Positions 37,330-47,612 of a stretch of DNA of 64,000 bases are shown here, in pieces. Source of the DNA: Candidatus Amesbacteria bacterium RIFCSPLOWO2_01_FULL_48_25 (GTDB lineage: Bacteria > Patescibacteriota > Microgenomatia > CAZETR01 > Amesbacteraceae). The notes below the pieces were generated by a model that did no database searches, was not told where the DNA came from, and saw only the letters and a program-made list of their open reading frames with translations. Position 1 is the first letter of the stretch, and the number at the start of each line of letters is the position of its first letter. Location of the stretch: assembly GCA_001773695.1 (NCBI GenBank), contig MEXN01000007.1:47388-111387 (forward strand), written 5' to 3'. The position numbers and the translations under genes were made by a program.

Positions 37330-37491
37330 ATGGCGAGGGCGGCAATAAAACAAAAGAATGAGTTTCGGGAGAGAGCACAAAATGCTGAAAGGAAGGAGTG
37401 GAATCTGGTAGTATTGGGGGGCACGATAAGCGGTGTTTTCGCTGGAGCTGCTGTGTATCTGGCTAGTACGCATATTTTCGGGTGGTGGTAA
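37330..37491 (+). CDS. 53-aa tail-anchored microprotein (possibly frameshifted from ATG 37316)
   Basis: Not in track: MARAAIKQKNEFRERAQNAERKEWNLVVLGGTISGVFAGAAVYLASTHIFGWW. Confidence 0.6.
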   Translation: MARAAIKQKNEFRERAQNAERKEWNLVVLGGTISGVFAGAAVYLASTHIFGWW

Positions 37492-37541
37492 TCAAGTGAG
37501 GGGTTTGATACAATCGAGAGGAGCCGGATGGCTTTATTTTT

Positions 37542-39692
37542 ATGGCGGCGGGAGATATTAAGACTACAAATCGGGATGTGCCGTTGGATCGGGTGCGGAA
37601 TATTGGGATAATTGCCCATATCGATGCGGGGAAGACGACCACCACGGAGCGGATTTTATTTTATACCGGAAAGAGCTACAAAATCGGAGATATCGATGAG
37701 GGTGACACCCAAATGGATTGGATGGCGCAGGAAAGGGAGCGGGGAATTACGATCGTTTCGGCGGCAACGACGACATTCTGGACTGTGACCGACCCCAATT
37801 CCCCGGTGGGCAACGAATCGTTTAGGGTAAATATTATTGACACACCGGGACACGTGGACTTTACGGCGGAAGTAGAACGATCTTTGCGGGTATTGGACGG
37901 TGCGGTGACAGTACTAGATGCAGAGGAGACGGTGCAGTCACAAACTGAAACGGTATGGCGACAAGCTGATAAATACAAGGTTCCGCGGATTATTTTTGTG
38001 AATAAAAACGACAAACTGGGAGCCAATTTTGAGGGAACAGTTAAGGCTATTATCGAAAGACTAGGAGCAAACCCTGCAGTGATGGCATATCCTATTGGGG
38101 CTGAACAATCATTTCGCGGAGTAGTATTACTATTGGAAAAGAAGGCTTTGATTTGGCAGGGAGACGAGACGGGGGCAAAATTTACTGAAGAAGAAATACC
38201 GACTGACATGGCTGAAGTGGTAGAAAAGTGGCGGGCAAAACTAATTGAGCAGATTTGTGAAACGGATGACACTCTTTTAGAAAAATTTCTGGCGGGCGAA
38301 GAGCCGACCGTACCAGAGTTGAAAGCGGCAATGCGCCGGGCGGTAATTGCTTATAAATTGGTACCGGTCTATGCGGGCGCGTCATTACGCAACAAAGGAG
38401 TGCAGCCGATGCTGGATGCTATCGTAGAATACCTGCCCTCGCCTGTGGACATAGACCACGTCAAAGGAGTGGCGCCAACAACGGGTGAGACAGTTTTTCG
38501 AAAAACCGTGGTGGAGGAACCGTTTTCCGGGCTGGCTTTCAAAATCCAGACCGATCCGCATGTGGGAAGATTGACTTATGTGCGGATCTACTCCGGAAAA
38601 CTTTCGGCCGGGCAGTCGGTGTGGAATGCTTCCAAGCAGAAAGAAGAGCGGATCTCCCGGATGCTTCTCATGCATGCTAACAAGCGAGAAGAAATTGATG
38701 CGGCTTATGCGGGGGAAATCGTGGCCTTGGTCGGACTGAAAGAGGCAACAACGGGAAACACCCTATCCGACCGGAGTCACCCGATAATATTGGAGTCGAT
38801 AACATTTCCGGAGCCGGTAATCTCACTGGCCATCGAGCCCAAAACTAAATCCGACCAGGAAAAGATGGGGTATGCCCTAAACAAATTATCGGATGAAGAT
38901 CCGACGTTTAAGATCAAGACCAATCACGAGACTGGGCAGACGATCATATCCGGAATGGGGGAACTGCATCTGGAGATTATCGTGGACCGGATGAAGCGGG
39001 AGTTTTCTGTGGAGGCGGATACTGGGGCGCCCCAGGTGGCATATAAAGAGACTATTAAAAAGATGGCCGAGGGAGAGGGAAAATATATCCGTCAGTCCGG
39101 TGGGCGGGGGCAATATGGACATTGTTATATCCGGATTGAACCACAAACCCGGGGAGTTGGATATGAATTTGTGGATGCGATTAAAAGCGGGGCGATTCCG
39201 AATGAATTTATTCCGGCTGTAGAAAAGGGTGTGCGTGAAGCGATGGAGAATGGTGTACTGGCTGGGTTTCCGACTGTAGACATGAAGGTGACTTTGTACG
39301 ATGGGACTTATCACGACGTCGATTCCTCGGAAATGGCGTTTAAGATTGCCGGGTCGATGGCATTCCAGCATACGGCCAAAATAGCCGACCCAGTTTTGAT
39401 TGAGCCGGTAATGAAGGTGGAAGTATCCACCCCAAACCAGTTCATGGGAGACGTGATTGGGGACTTGTCCTCAAAAAGGGCCCAGATATTGGGAACGGAC
39501 AAGCGGGGGCATCTGACGATTATTAATGCCTATGTCCCCTTGGCCGAATTGTCCGGGTACGCGACGAAGTTACGGTCGCTGACCCAAGGGCGGGCGTCAT
39601 ATTATATGGAGCCGTCGCATTACGAAGAAGTGCCGCGAAACATTGCTGAGGGAATAATCGCCAAATCTGGTAAAATGGCTGCAAATGGCTGA
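37542..39692 (+). CDS. fusA: Elongation factor G
   Basis: [42 protein letters not shown]; own TGaTACAAT promoter. Confidence 0.99.
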   Translation: MAAGDIKTTNRDVPLDRVRNIGIIAHIDAGKTTTTERILFYTGKSYKIGDIDEGDTQMDWMAQERERGITIVSAATTTFWTVTDPNSPVGNESFRVNIIDTPGHVDFTAEVERSLRVLDGAVTVLDAEETVQSQTETVWRQADKYKVPRIIFVNKNDKLGANFEGTVKAIIERLGANPAVMAYPIGAEQSFRGVVLLLEKKALIWQGDETGAKFTEEEIPTDMAEVVEKWRAKLIEQICETDDTLLEKFLAGEEPTVPELKAAMRRAVIAYKLVPVYAGASLRNKGVQPMLDAIVEYLPSPVDIDHVKGVAPTTGETVFRKTVVEEPFSGLAFKIQTDPHVGRLTYVRIYSGKLSAGQSVWNASKQKEERISRMLLMHANKREEIDAAYAGEIVALVGLKEATTGNTLSDRSHPIILESITFPEPVISLAIEPKTKSDQEKMGYALNKLSDEDPTFKIKTNHETGQTIISGMGELHLEIIVDRMKREFSVEADTGAPQVAYKETIKKMAEGEGKYIRQSGGRGQYGHCYIRIEPQTRGVGYEFVDAIKSGAIPNEFIPAVEKGVREAMENGVLAGFPTVDMKVTLYDGTYHDVDSSEMAFKIAGSMAFQHTAKIADPVLIEPVMKVEVSTPNQFMGDVIGDLSSKRAQILGTDKRGHLTIINAYVPLAELSGYATKLRSLTQGRASYYMEPSHYEEVPRNIAEGIIAKSGKMAANG

Positions 39693-39885
39693 CTTGGTTA
39701 AAAAAAGGTTGACTCGGGGGACGGAGAAAAAATTGGTGGGGGTGTGCTCTGGTATTGGAGATTATTTGGGAGTTGATCCGGTGCTCGTTAGATTGGCATG
39801 GGTACTGATAACTGTGTTTACGGGAATATTTCCAGGGCTGATTGCCTACATACTGGCCGCTTGGGTGATGCCGGAAAAGAAGTAG
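39685..39885 (+). CDS. PspC domain protein
   Basis: [23 protein letters not shown]...[10 protein letters not shown]. Confidence 0.92.
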   Translation: MADLVKKRLTRGTEKKLVGVCSGIGDYLGVDPVLVRLAWVLITVFTGIFPGLIAYILAAWVMPEKK

Positions 39886-39889
39886 AGGA

Positions 39890-40117
39890 CTAGGGCAGGT
39901 CAGTAAGAAAGACGTGAACCGCGGCTCCGGTAACAAGGGAGACACCTGGAACAGCGTAGTTGTCACCTCTGGCTTTCCAGAGTTCGAGTTGATCAGGGGT
40001 AATGTTGTGTAATCGGACTTCTTCTCCAGTTTTAATTATGATGACTGCGTGTTTTTCGGGAGGTAAAGCGGGAGAGCCGGCGCCACAACCAAAGCCTGGT
40101 CCTTCAATTCGAGACAT
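39890..40117 (-). CDS. Hypothetical ORFan (75 aa)
   Basis: MSRIEGPGFGCG...; lies antisense between pspC and tuf. Confidence 0.55.
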   Translation of the reverse strand: MSRIEGPGFGCGAGSPALPPEKHAVIIIKTGEEVRLHNITPDQLELWKARGDNYAVPGVSLVTGAAVHVFLTDLP

Positions 40118-40124
40118 CGGGGCC

Positions 40125-40149
40125 AAAAAAAAGAGCCGGGTGGCTCTTT
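40125..40149 (-). terminator. Hairpin with T8 tract
   Basis: AAAGAGCC-GGGT-GGCTCTTT flanked by A8 on the + strand. Confidence 0.55.
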
Positions 40150-40180
40150 GAAATAAAATAATTTGTCCAGGTAGTCATGA

Positions 40181-40570
40181 ATGGCTCCTGGGAGTAAAGT
40201 ATATCACATGAAGTGGAGCGATAGGTTTTGGGTGACAATGCTCGTTCTTCTGCCTTTAATCGGAGTGTATCGGATAGGATATTATTTTTGGTACCACAAG
40301 CAGGTAATTGTAAAACCCTTAGAAGGAGAGTGGAAAAACTATGGGAAATGTAAGAGGGATAGCGAGTGTGCAAAAACCGCTAACCCTAATTGCAGCGGGT
40401 GCGGGTGCGGGGTGTATATAAATCGAGAATCTTTAGGAAATTATATGGATCAACTTAAGAAACAGTGTCAGGGAGAGTCGGGGCAGGTGTGTTTCGGGGC
40501 AGTATGCCCACAAACCAATGCGGCGTGTATTGAGGGATATTGCGTGGGGAAGAGAATTGAGTCCCAGTAA
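40181..40570 (+). CDS. Membrane-anchored Cys-rich protein
   Basis: N-terminal TM; CKRDSEC...CSGCGC...C...C...C...C...C (10 Cys). Confidence 0.75.
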   Translation: MAPGSKVYHMKWSDRFWVTMLVLLPLIGVYRIGYYFWYHKQVIVKPLEGEWKNYGKCKRDSECAKTANPNCSGCGCGVYINRESLGNYMDQLKKQCQGESGQVCFGAVCPQTNAACIEGYCVGKRIESQ

Positions 40571-40621
40571 TTGACCCTTGCAAAGGGAAGCTGGGATGCG
40601 ATAGAATCGTTACCGCATCAT

Positions 40622-41800
40622 ATGGCGACATTTCAAAGAACCAAACCGCACGTCAACATCGGAACTATTGGTCATGTGGACCATGGGAAGACGACTTTAA
40701 CTTCGGCTATCACCATGGTTTTGGCCAAAAAGGGGATGGCGACTGCCAAAAAGTACGAGGACATTGATTCGGCACCGGAAGAAAGAGCCCGAGGAGTGAC
40801 GATTAATTTATCCCACCAGGAGTATGAGACGGAGAAGAGGCACTATGCCCACATCGATGCGCCGGGTCACGCCGACTACATCAAGAACATGATTACCGGA
40901 GCTGCCCAAATGGACGGGGCGATTTTGGTAGTATCTGCCGCGGATGGGCCTATGCCCCAGACCCGAGAGCATATTCTTTTGGCCAAGCAGGTGAATGTGC
41001 CGGCGATCGTAGTGTTTTTGAACAAATGCGATATGGTGGATGACGAGTCACTTTTGGATCTGGTCGAGATGGAAGTTAGGGAGCTACTGACTAAATACGG
41101 CTACAAGGGGGACGAAGTGCCCATAATCCGGGGATCGGCACTAAAGGCTACTGAGGGGGATGCCAAGTATGAAGAGAAAATAATTGAACTGATGAAGGCG
41201 GTCGATGAACACGTGCCAACTCCCGTACGGGAACTGGACAAGCCGTTTTTGATGCCGATTGAAGACGTGTTTTCTATTAAAGGCCGGGGGACGGTGGTAA
41301 CCGGCCGGATTGAGCGGGGCGTGGTCAAGCTAAACGAGACTATTGAAATTGTAGGAATTAAGGCTACTAAGTCGACGGTTGTAACCGGGGTAGAGATGTT
41401 TAGAAAGCAACTTGATGAGGGTCAGGCGGGAGACAATGTGGGAGTCTTGCTGCGCGGAATTGAAAAGGACGACGTGGAAAGAGGGCAAGTGCTAGCTAAG
41501 CCGGGGAGCATTACCCCGCACACCGAGTTTGAAGCCGAAGTGTACATCTTGAAGAAGGAAGAGGGTGGACGGCACACTTCTTTCTTCACTGGGTATAGGC
41601 CGCAGTTTTACATCCGGACAACGGATGTGACGGGCGAGGTGACCCTCGCTTCTGGCGTCGAGATGGTCATGCCCGGAGATAACGCCAAGATGAAAGTGAA
41701 GTTGATCGTGCCAGTCGCTATTGAAGAGGGATTGAGGTTTGCTATTCGCGAGGGCGGTAAAACCGTGGGTGCGGGAGTAGTGACCAAAATTATTAGTTAG
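40622..41800 (+). CDS. tuf: Elongation factor Tu
   Basis: [29 protein letters not shown]; start MATFQRTK. Confidence 0.99.
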   Translation: MATFQRTKPHVNIGTIGHVDHGKTTLTSAITMVLAKKGMATAKKYEDIDSAPEERARGVTINLSHQEYETEKRHYAHIDAPGHADYIKNMITGAAQMDGAILVVSAADGPMPQTREHILLAKQVNVPAIVVFLNKCDMVDDESLLDLVEMEVRELLTKYGYKGDEVPIIRGSALKATEGDAKYEEKIIELMKAVDEHVPTPVRELDKPFLMPIEDVFSIKGRGTVVTGRIERGVVKLNETIEIVGIKATKSTVVTGVEMFRKQLDEGQAGDNVGVLLRGIEKDDVERGQVLAKPGSITPHTEFEAEVYILKKEEGGRHTSFFTGYRPQFYIRTTDVTGEVTLASGVEMVMPGDNAKMKVKLIVPVAIEEGLRFAIREGGKTVGAGVVTKIIS

Positions 41801-41816
41801 TGCGTTGCTCTTTTAT

Positions 41817-42125
41817 ATGGCAAAGGGAAGACTGAGAGTCAGACTGAAGTCTTTTGACCACCGGGTCATAGATGAGGCGGTAGCCAAGATATTGGATGCC
41901 GCGATTTCCACAGGGGCAAAAGTTGTAGGCCCAATCCCCTTGCCAACAGATAGAAAACTGATGGCGGTAAATACCTCTCCGCATACGGATAAAGACGCTC
42001 GGGAACATTTTGAGATGTTGGTGCACAAGCGGTTGATTGACGTGGTCGACCCGACGCCGAAGACCATCGAAGCTCTTTCTAATCTGGATCTGCCAGCCGG
42101 AGTGGATATTGAAGTGAAGATGTAG
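41817..42125 (+). CDS. rpsJ: 30S ribosomal protein uS10
   Basis: GPIPLPT, SPHTDKDAREHFE. Confidence 0.98.
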   Translation: MAKGRLRVRLKSFDHRVIDEAVAKILDAAISTGAKVVGPIPLPTDRKLMAVNTSPHTDKDAREHFEMLVHKRLIDVVDPTPKTIEALSNLDLPAGVDIEVKM

Positions 42126-42134
42126 AATAAGATT

Positions 42135-42374
42135 ATGCCGGAATACGATGTGGTTGTAACTACGAATGGTAACTACGCAAAGGCCACTCTTGACGGTTTT
42201 GTTCTAACCGCTGCGGTCATAGACGGTGGAGTTGTAAAGAGGTTTTGGTTTGACGGAGCAACACTGAGGATGGAAACGCCTGATATTTCTCATGAGGTAG
42301 CGAAGGCTTTGATGTTGGGATTAAGACTTAATTCCCGAGTCACTAAAGTGGAACTCGAACCTAAAAGGGTTTGA
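42135..42374 (+). CDS. Hypothetical ORFan (79 aa) between rpsJ and rplC
   Basis: TAGAAT (contains the rpsJ stop) 6 nt before ATG. Confidence 0.7.
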   Translation: MPEYDVVVTTNGNYAKATLDGFVLTAAVIDGGVVKRFWFDGATLRMETPDISHEVAKALMLGLRLNSRVTKVELEPKRV

Positions 42375-42398
42375 TGGTTGGAAACTTTCGGGGAAATC

Positions 42399-42504
42399 TG
42401 GTATACTGGGTTCACTGTGGGCAGAGAGAATTGCCAGACTATTGCTCCGGTACCGTAAGGTTGGCTAGGTAAGTTTTTATATAGCGCCGACGGGCGCTTT
42501 TTTT
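42399..42504 (+). promoter_or_regulatory. rplC promoter (TGgTATACT) and structured leader ending in terminator
   Basis: GGCA..TGCC hairpin, ACC-GTAA-GGT GNRA hairpin, AGCGCC-GACG-GGCGCT-T6 at 42483-42504. Confidence 0.75.
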
Positions 42505-42518
42505 GACCGAAAACATAA

Positions 42519-43082
42519 ATGAACACCATATTTGCCAAAAAAATTGGAATGACTGGAAAATATACCCCTGACCGGGCGAGGGTGGGAGTAACAACGTTAC
42601 GGGTATTTCCAACTACGGTTGTGGGGTTAAGAACTAAGGACAAACATGGTTATGAGGCGGTGGTGGTCAAGTCACAAGTCACAAGTCACAAGTCACAGCT
42701 GCGGGAAATAAGGACCGGGGAGAAAATGGAGCCGGGGACGGAGATAAAATTGGAGGAGGTCTTAAAAGTCGGGGACGTGGTAAGAGTGGCTGGGATAAGC
42801 AAGGGAAAGGGATTTGCGGGAGTGGTAAAGAGGCACGGGTTTGCCGGGGGTCCCAGAACCCATGGACAATCTGACCGGGAGCGGGCGCCGGGATCGAGTG
42901 GGTCGACCACCACTCCGGGGAGAGTTTACAAAGGAAAGAGACGGGCGGGAAGAATGGGAAATGAAAGAATAAGCGTAAAGGGTCTTAAGGTTTTGGAAGT
43001 TGACACACAGAATAACTTGTTGACAATTATTGGGTCAGTGCCGGGAAGCCGCGGGGGGCAATTGGAGGTAAGCCGGATATGA
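42519..43082 (+). CDS. rplC: 50S ribosomal protein uL3
   Basis: KKIGMT, SKGKGFAGVVKRHGF, PGRVYKGKRRAGRMG. Confidence 0.98.
   Translation: MNTIFAKKIGMTGKYTPDRARVGVTTLRVFPTTVVGLRTKDKHGYEAVVVKSQVTSHKSQLREIRTGEKMEPGTEIKLEEVLKVGDVVRVAGISKGKGFAGVVKRHGFAGGPRTHGQSDRERAPGSSGSTTTPGRVYKGKRRAGRMGNERISVKGLKVLEVDTQNNLLTIIGSVPGSRGGQLEVSRI
42668..42697. repeat. Perfect 7-nt tandem repeat (CAAGTCA)x4 in-frame in rplC
   Basis: Encodes KSQVTSHKSQ. Confidence 0.95.
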
Positions 43083-43705
43083 TTAGCGCAGGAAGTATTA
43101 ATTGGAAAGGAGAAGCCGGGGAAAAGATCACTTTACCCAAGGCTGTGTTTGAAGCGAAGGTCTCTCCTACTCTTTTGGCCCAAGCTCAGAGAGTGTACTT
43201 GGCAAACCAGAGGAAAGCTAGGGCCCGGACTAAAACCCGGGGGGAAGTGGAGGGATCGACCCGCAAAATCTACAGACAAAAAGGTACTGGGGGAGCGAGG
43301 CATGGCTCGATCAGAGCGCCAATTTTTGTAGGTGGAGGAATTTCCCACGGGCCGACGGGAGGACAAAATTATATACTGAAAATGCCGCGAAAAATGGGGT
43401 CGACGGCGCTTCTGGGGGCATTGGCTGATCGAGCGGCTTCTAAAAGAATAGTCGTCGTGACTGGCCTGAAGCTGCCGGAAAAAACCAAGGCGGCATCTTC
43501 GATGTGGAAGAAGGCAAAATTGGAAAAAGGGGCCCTTTTGGTAATATCCGACAAAGAGATGGCGGGGAGGAAGAGTTTTAGAAATTTGAAAGATGTGGAG
43601 GTAGCGCTGGCTTCTAGTTTAAACCCGTACGAGGTGCTTGGTTGTAAGCAATTAGTTATTTCTCAGGCTGCGATTGAGGCTCTTTCTAAAAGATATGTTA
43701 ATTAG
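43079..43705 (+). CDS. rplD: 50S ribosomal protein uL4
   Basis: TKTRGEV, RQKGTGGARHGS. Confidence 0.98.
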   Translation: MISAGSINWKGEAGEKITLPKAVFEAKVSPTLLAQAQRVYLANQRKARARTKTRGEVEGSTRKIYRQKGTGGARHGSIRAPIFVGGGISHGPTGGQNYILKMPRKMGSTALLGALADRAASKRIVVVTGLKLPEKTKAASSMWKKAKLEKGALLVISDKEMAGRKSFRNLKDVEVALASSLNPYEVLGCKQLVISQAAIEALSKRYVN

Positions 43706-43985
43706 GCCAATTATTACGGAAAAATCTCTGAGAGAAGCGGGTTTAAAACGGTATGCTTTCCGGGTAGCTAAGGATGCTTCTAAGCCTAAAATAGGGAAGG
43801 CTGTGGAAAAAATGTTTGGAGTAAAAGTACTTTCGGTACGAACAATGACCATGCCCGGAAAAGCTTACCGGACGGGTAAAAAGTGGAAACTGGGCCGTAG
43901 GGAAGACTGGAAAAAGGCTGTGGTAGCAATTAAACCGGATCAAAAAATTGATTTATTTGAAGTCGGGTCCCAAAAGGACAAATAA
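43695..43985 (+). CDS. rplW: 50S ribosomal protein uL23
   Basis: RPIITEKS, WKKAVV. Confidence 0.97.
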   Translation: MLIRPIITEKSLREAGLKRYAFRVAKDASKPKIGKAVEKMFGVKVLSVRTMTMPGKAYRTGKKWKLGRREDWKKAVVAIKPDQKIDLFEVGSQKDK

Positions 43986-43988
43986 CAT

Positions 43989-44729
43989 ATGGAAAAAAAA
44001 CTAAGGCGGGTAATACCCAAACAATCAGGGCGAGGAGCTACTGGGCAAATAACTACCAGACACCAAGGAGGGCGGGAAAAGAGATTTTTCAGAGTGATCG
44101 ACTGGAAACGAGAGAAAAGGGATATGCCGGCCGTGGTAGAAGGGATTGAATATGATCCCAATCGGTCAGCTGATATAGCCTTGATCCTATATCCGGATGG
44201 AGAGAGAAGATATATTTTGGCACCAGACGGACTTAAGACTGGTCAATTGGTATCTAGTGGAGAAGCAGCACCACTGACATCTGGAAACGCATTGCCCCTG
44301 CGGGCGATACCAGTGGGAACACCGATTCATGCCGTAGAAATCCACCCAGGTAAAGGGGCCCAAATAGTGAGAGGTGCGGGGACTGCGGCGACTATTGTAG
44401 GCTTTGAAGATGCCTTCGCTTTGGTAAGATTGCCCTCCGGGGAAGTCCGGAGGTTTGCGACCGAGGCCTTGGCCACAATCGGTCAAGTGGGAAACACCGA
44501 GTGGAAAAACACGGTTTGGGGCAAAGCCGGGAGGAGACGCCATTTGGGAATAAGGCCCACGGTTCGAGGAACGGCCCAAAATCCAAGAAGCCATCCCCAC
44601 GGTGGCGGGGAAGGCCGATCTGGCGAGGGAATGCATCCCAAAACGCCGTGGGGCAAGCCCGCGCGGGGCAAAAGAACCCGGAATAAATTTAAGTATTCTA
44701 ATTATTTAGTCGCCCAAAGGAGAAAGTGA
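43989..44729 (+). CDS. rplB: 50S ribosomal protein uL2 (N-terminally shortened)
   Basis: [29 protein letters not shown]. Confidence 0.98.
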   Translation: MEKKLRRVIPKQSGRGATGQITTRHQGGREKRFFRVIDWKREKRDMPAVVEGIEYDPNRSADIALILYPDGERRYILAPDGLKTGQLVSSGEAAPLTSGNALPLRAIPVGTPIHAVEIHPGKGAQIVRGAGTAATIVGFEDAFALVRLPSGEVRRFATEALATIGQVGNTEWKNTVWGKAGRRRHLGIRPTVRGTAQNPRSHPHGGGEGRSGEGMHPKTPWGKPARGKRTRNKFKYSNYLVAQRRK

Positions 44730-44730
44730 T

Positions 44731-45015
44731 ATGGCCAGATCAAACAAAAAAGGACCATATATAGACCTAAAATTAATGAAGAAGGTGCAAAAACTCAAGG
44801 AGTCAGGCACTAGTACGGCTATTAAAACGTGGGCTAGGGGGAGTCAGATTCCGCCCGAGTTTGTAGGACTAACTTTTTCTATTCACACCGGAAACAAATT
44901 CGTAGATGTATTTATCACCGAAAGCATGGTAGGGCACCGGTTGGGAGAGTTTGCCCCAACGAGAGTGTTCCGCGGCCATGGAGCTATTGTTAAGAGAACA
45001 ATGGAAAAGACATAA
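44731..45015 (+). CDS. rpsS: 30S ribosomal protein uS19
   Basis: [22 protein letters not shown]. Confidence 0.98.
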   Translation: MARSNKKGPYIDLKLMKKVQKLKESGTSTAIKTWARGSQIPPEFVGLTFSIHTGNKFVDVFITESMVGHRLGEFAPTRVFRGHGAIVKRTMEKT

Positions 45016-45017
45016 AA

Positions 45018-45395
45018 ATGACAAATCAAAAATCAAAAATCAAAAATCAAAAGACAGTGGTGGCGAGGGCGAGTTTTGTGAGAAATGCGCCTCGGAAATT
45101 GAGGTTGGTAGCTGATGCGGTGCGAGGACTGTCGCCGCTGTCTGCAATAGAAGCTCTAAAACACTTACCACAACGGGGGGCGAGGCCTGTGAGGCTGGTG
45201 CTGGAGCAGGCGATGGGTAATGCCAAAAACAACGCTGGGTTTTCCCCGGATCGACTGCTTATTGATACTATCCAGGTTATGGGGGGGCCAAGGGTCGCAA
45301 AAAAAAGCGATGTTCATGCTCGAGGGGCGAGATTTGGCAGGGGGACAAGAGTAAAAAGGTTATCTCATGTTTTAGTTCGATTAAAGGAGGTATAA
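45018..45395 (+). CDS. rplV: 50S ribosomal protein uL22
   Basis: APRKLRLVADAVRG; operon position. Confidence 0.95.
   Translation: MTNQKSKIKNQKTVVARASFVRNAPRKLRLVADAVRGLSPLSAIEALKHLPQRGARPVRLVLEQAMGNAKNNAGFSPDRLLIDTIQVMGGPRVAKKSDVHARGARFGRGTRVKRLSHVLVRLKEV
45023..45052. repeat. Perfect 7-nt tandem repeat (AAATCAA)x4 at rplV N-terminus
   Basis: Encodes NQKSKIKNQK. Confidence 0.95.
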
Positions 45396-45397
45396 AA

Positions 45398-46063
45398 ATG
45401 GGACAAAAAGTAAACCCTATTAGCTTTCGAATTCCCCTGGCACCATCGACTGCTTGGGTTTCCCGCTGGTTTACCACTAATCATAAACGCTATGCGGACT
45501 ATTTGGCTACGGATGTAAAGTTGCGTCTGGCGGTAATGGAAAAGCTAGTCTCTGCCGGGGTAACCAGAGTGGAGATTGAACGGTCACTAAAAAGCATGAG
45601 GATTGTGGTGTATGTGACGCGGCCGGGGATTGTTATCGGACGGGGAGGATCGGGCTTAGAGGAGCTAAAAAAGTTTATTTATGCGCACTTGGGCCACACA
45701 GCTTCTGGAAAGACCGCGCCCAAAATAGACCTGCAGGTAGAAGAGGTGAAAAACCCCGATTTATCAGCCTGGTTGGTAGCCACTAGAATTGCTGAACAGC
45801 TAGTAAAAAGGATGCCGCCAAGAAGAGTCGTTAACAGGGCGATGGAGAGAACTATCCAATCGGGAGCCCGGGGAGTGAAGGTGTTACTGTCTGGGCGGAT
45901 AAACGGAGCGGAAATTGCGCGGCGTGAGCCTTATAAATCCGGATCCGTACCATTGCAGACCTTGAGGGCAAATATTGATTACGCCCAAGTACCGGCTTTA
46001 ACCAGGTCGGGGTACGTGGGGGTTAAAGTGTGGATATGTAAGGGGGAAAATGTTACAACCTAA
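45398..46063 (+). CDS. rpsC: 30S ribosomal protein uS3
   Basis: MGQKVNP, RPGIVIGRGG, PLQTLRANIDY. Confidence 0.98.
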   Translation: MGQKVNPISFRIPLAPSTAWVSRWFTTNHKRYADYLATDVKLRLAVMEKLVSAGVTRVEIERSLKSMRIVVYVTRPGIVIGRGGSGLEELKKFIYAHLGHTASGKTAPKIDLQVEEVKNPDLSAWLVATRIAEQLVKRMPPRRVVNRAMERTIQSGARGVKVLLSGRINGAEIARREPYKSGSVPLQTLRANIDYAQVPALTRSGYVGVKVWICKGENVTT

Positions 46064-46457
46064 AAAACAAAAATACCGGAAACAATTTAGAGGACAGATG
46101 CCGGGCCTGGCTTGGAGGGGGTCGGAGGTGGCGTTTGGAGAGTTTGGGCTGCAATCGATGCAGCGGGGTTGGTTGTCTGCCCGACAAATAGAAGCGGCCA
46201 GAAAGGCCATTACTCACCATGTGCAAAGAGGAGGTAAGGTGTGGATCAAGGTATTTCCGGATAAACCTGTGACCAAAAAGGCCCTGGGAACGAGGATGGG
46301 TTCGGGGAAGGGAGATATTCACGAATATGTGGCTGTAATCCGCCCGGGGAGAATTATTTTTGAGATTGCCGGAGTCCCGGAAGATATTGCCAAAACCGCT
46401 TTTTTACGAGCGGCGGCTAAATTACCGTTTGATGTGAAGATTATTTCGAAAAGATAA
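46050..46457 (+). CDS. rplP: 50S ribosomal protein uL16
   Basis: MLQPK, RQIEAAR, RMGSGKG. Confidence 0.98.
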   Translation: MLQPKKQKYRKQFRGQMPGLAWRGSEVAFGEFGLQSMQRGWLSARQIEAARKAITHHVQRGGKVWIKVFPDKPVTKKALGTRMGSGKGDIHEYVAVIRPGRIIFEIAGVPEDIAKTAFLRAAAKLPFDVKIISKR

Positions 46458-46461
46458 AACC

Positions 46462-46668
46462 ATGGCCAAGAAAAAACAAGAAGTGATAAAGATTACCGAT
46501 ATGACGGGCACGGAGTTGGCCGCCCGGGCAAAAGAGCTAAGACGAGAAGTGGCCAAAACTAGAATGGAAATCGCTGCTAAAAAGCAAAGGAATACCAGGA
46601 AAGCATTTAACTTGCGGCGTGAATTGGCCCGGACACTGACAGTGTTAAATATCAAGTTAATGCGATAA
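46462..46668 (+). CDS. rpmC: 50S ribosomal protein uL29
   Basis: RRELARTLT; operon position. Confidence 0.9.
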   Translation: MAKKKQEVIKITDMTGTELAARAKELRREVAKTRMEIAAKKQRNTRKAFNLRRELARTLTVLNIKLMR

Positions 46669-46682
46669 AATAGCCAATACTT

Positions 46683-46922
46683 ATGAAAACTTTAAGCGGA
46701 TTAGTTGTTTCAGACAAAATGCAAAATACCGTAGTGGTGGCTGTCGCTAAGTGGATGAAACACCCCAAATACGACAAACGGACAAAGAAAACCAGGAAGT
46801 ACCACGCCCGGAATGAGACCGGAGCCAAAGTGGGGGACACTGTCACTATAGTTGAGGTGAAACCTGTGGCTAAGACAGTATTTTTTAAAGTGGTGGGAGT
46901 AGAAAGCGGGGGTAAGAAATAA
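46683..46922 (+). CDS. rpsQ: 30S ribosomal protein uS17
   Basis: [18 protein letters not shown]. Confidence 0.97.
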   Translation: MKTLSGLVVSDKMQNTVVVAVAKWMKHPKYDKRTKKTRKYHARNETGAKVGDTVTIVEVKPVAKTVFFKVVGVESGGKK

Positions 46923-46923
46923 T

Positions 46924-47295
46924 ATGTTACAACTGCGAAGTATCTTAAAACTCGCCGACAACTGTGGCGCTCGAAAATTGCGCCTGATTCACATCGTGGG
47001 TGGATCGAAGCGCAAATGGGCATACTTGGGAGACACCGTCACGGCGGTTGTGGATCGAGCCGACCCCATGGGAGTAGTAAAAGACTCGGAAATAGTGAAG
47101 GCGGTAATAGTGCGCACCCGAAGGGGAGGAAGGCGTCGGGACGGAAGTTTTATAAGATTTGATGACAACGCGGCTGTTGTTATCGACCCCAAAACGGGGG
47201 AGCCCAGGGGGACGCGAATTTTCGGGCCGGTGGCTCGGGAAGTGAAAGACAGAGGATTTAATAAAATTGCCTCATTGGCAGCAGAGGTACTATGA
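46924..47295 (+). CDS. rplN: 50S ribosomal protein uL14
   Basis: [25 protein letters not shown]. Confidence 0.98.
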   Translation: MLQLRSILKLADNCGARKLRLIHIVGGSKRKWAYLGDTVTAVVDRADPMGVVKDSEIVKAVIVRTRRGGRRRDGSFIRFDDNAAVVIDPKTGEPRGTRIFGPVAREVKDRGFNKIASLAAEVL

Positions 47296-47612
47296 AAAAG
47301 CCGAAACTAAAAATAAAGAAGGGGGATCTGGTTGTGGTTGGAGTGGGGAAGGATCGGGGTAAGCAAGGGAAAGTTGAGAAGGTCTTTCCAAAAGACGGCA
47401 TGCTACTGGTGACAGGAGTTAACCAGTACAAGAAGCACCGCAAGTCACAAGGAGAAGGGCGGCCGGGGGAAATTGCCACGTTGACCAGGCCTATCCTTAC
47501 ATCTAGGGTTGCGTTGATTTGTCCGAAGTGTAAACAACCTACTCGAGTGGGATATAGATATCAGGACGCCAAAAAAATTAGGGTATGTAGGAAGTGCGGA
47601 GGGGATATATGA
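47292..47612 (+). CDS. rplX: 50S ribosomal protein uL24 (Zn-ribbon type)
   Basis: [23 protein letters not shown]. Confidence 0.97.
   Translation: MKKPKLKIKKGDLVVVGVGKDRGKQGKVEKVFPKDGMLLVTGVNQYKKHRKSQGEGRPGEIATLTRPILTSRVALICPKCKQPTRVGYRYQDAKKIRVCRKCGGDI

Noticed and set aside
37468..37491. Microprotein end HIFGWW* upstream of fusA resembling the rpsG end HFRW*
   Set aside because: DNA similarity is too short and weak to call a remnant of rpsG
37519..40149. GAGCCGGATGGCT (fusA leader) vs GAGCCGGGTGGCT (40133)
   Set aside because: Short GC hairpins could match by chance; there is no supporting flanking homology
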